Virus record (IMG/VR): IMGVR_UViG_3300017747_001659 | Coordinates: 1 to 34,324 of that record | Reading direction: 5' to 3' (one strand) | Source of the DNA: a virus | Lineage: Duplodnaviria; Caudoviricetes | DNA length: 34,324 nucleotides | Shown: positions 33,726 to 34,324 of the stretch, piece by piece | Numbering within the stretch: the stretch's first letter is position 1 | Layout: the number at the start of each line of letters is the position of its first letter | Position numbers and translations under genes: made by a program | Notes under the pieces: model-generated | The model's input: the letters and a program-made list of their open reading frames with translations, nothing else | What the model was told of the DNA's origin: nothing | Database searches by the model: none

Positions 33726-33946
33726 CTGAAGAAAAACGAGGCGAGCTGGTAGAAAAGATGGTCGAGGCTTTCAATCAGCACCCGCAAGCATACCCTGGCA
33801 TGTATCGGGCGCTTGAGGTTGCCGAAAAAGAGTTTGCATTAACTCTCATGGAAATTGACGATTGGTTGATGACGCAGCCGAAGGAAGTCATCGCCAGCGC
33901 ACCCGCTTGTATATTCACGACCCGCTACGTTTTGGCTGACCAATGA
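33722..33946 (+). CDS. hypothetical protein
   Basis: AGGAG RBS; ATGA coupling. Confidence 0.6.
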   Translation: MTEEKRGELVEKMVEAFNQHPQAYPGMYRALEVAEKEFALTLMEIDDWLMTQPKEVIASAPACIFTTRYVLADQ

Positions 33947-34077
33947 TTATCGTGGCGAATGTGCGGTGCCGTTGGGGGCTAACGGCGTCGGTGCGCCAAC
34001 TGCACATCGTAAGAGAACCCTCGTCCGCCACATACCTCCGCGCCGCCCGCGCTGCTTTGGAGAATAAGAATGACTGA
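33943..34077 (+). CDS. 44-aa ORF ending in the shared LRAARAAL module
   Basis: ATGA coupling. C-terminus matches its neighbours. Confidence 0.4.
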   Translation: MIIVANVRCRWGLTASVRQLHIVREPSSATYLRAARAALENKND

Positions 34078-34324
34078 CGCAGAAGACGCCGCCGAAAAAT
34101 GGTGGAAAGAAAAGATGGCTGAGGACGTGCCGAATAACGATGATTTAGACGACTTGGCGGTTGCTTACCTTGACGGGGTTGAGCGTGGCAAGGACGCAGC
34201 CCGCGCCCGCATCGCGGAACTTGAAGCGGCGCTGAAAGACACCACCGTTTGCCTTCTCGCAGCGGTATCGCTTCTTGAAAGCGGGGGCAAGAAAGCTGCG
34301 CCAAGTAATAAAATGTTTGACCAG
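34070..34324 (+). CDS. modular early protein (truncated by window end)
   Basis: MTDAEDAAEK...ARIAELEAALK. Frame open to the window end; GGAG RBS. Confidence 0.6.
   Translation, partial: MTDAEDAAEKWWKEKMAEDVPNNDDLDDLAVAYLDGVERGKDAARARIAELEAALKDTTVCLLAAVSLLESGGKKAAPSNKMFDQ

Larger units (their letters stand above)
33067..34229 (+). repeat. direct repeat pair 33067-33091 / 34205-34229
   Basis: 25 identical nt GCCCGCATCGCGGAACTTGAAGCGG; degenerate copy near 33567. Confidence 0.9.

Noticed and set aside
32971-34229. Diversity-generating retroelement TR/VR pair or CRISPR array
   Set aside because: No reverse transcriptase in the window, mismatches are not adenine-specific, and the spacing is irregular and coding.
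1-34324. Genome-wide TGA recoding (code 4/25)
   Set aside because: Many genes end at TGA with ATGA coupling and use TGG for Trp. Only one suspicious TGA was found.

Overview
About 34 kb of a tailed dsDNA bacteriophage with short-tail (P22-like, podovirus-type) gene architecture. The host is probably an alphaproteobacterium, inferred from the GcrA-like and DnaA-C-domain genes. 1-16091 (+): virion module (methyltransferase-GT2-TPR fusion, head-tail and tail proteins, GNAT, two large ejection proteins, collar-domain fibre) and lysis cassette. 16081-23438 (-): accessory genes, adenine MTase and an Exo/ERF/SSB-like recombination module. 23536-29789 (+): Cro-like regulator, VRR-NUC, GcrA-like, DnaA-C, nuclease and SF2 helicase. 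29840-34324: small early genes. I found no terminase, portal, capsid, integrase, CI or primase gene in the window. The most notable unannotated signals are: (1) a ~100-nt three-hairpin sRNA candidate whose loops are complementary to the phage's own recurrent GAATGGAG translation-start motif; (2) a dispersed 21-bp palindromic operator overlapping at least 6 promoters; (3) a ~280-nt multibranch structured RNA in the replication region, abutting a nuclease gene; (4) a 1793-aa ejection protein with an internal S74-like autoprotease domain and repeated xAxGG motifs; (5) an in-frame TGA in a tail gene; (6) a promoter-in-hairpin RBS switch on an HNH endonuclease gene. All family assignments and RNA folds were made by eye, without database searches or folding software.
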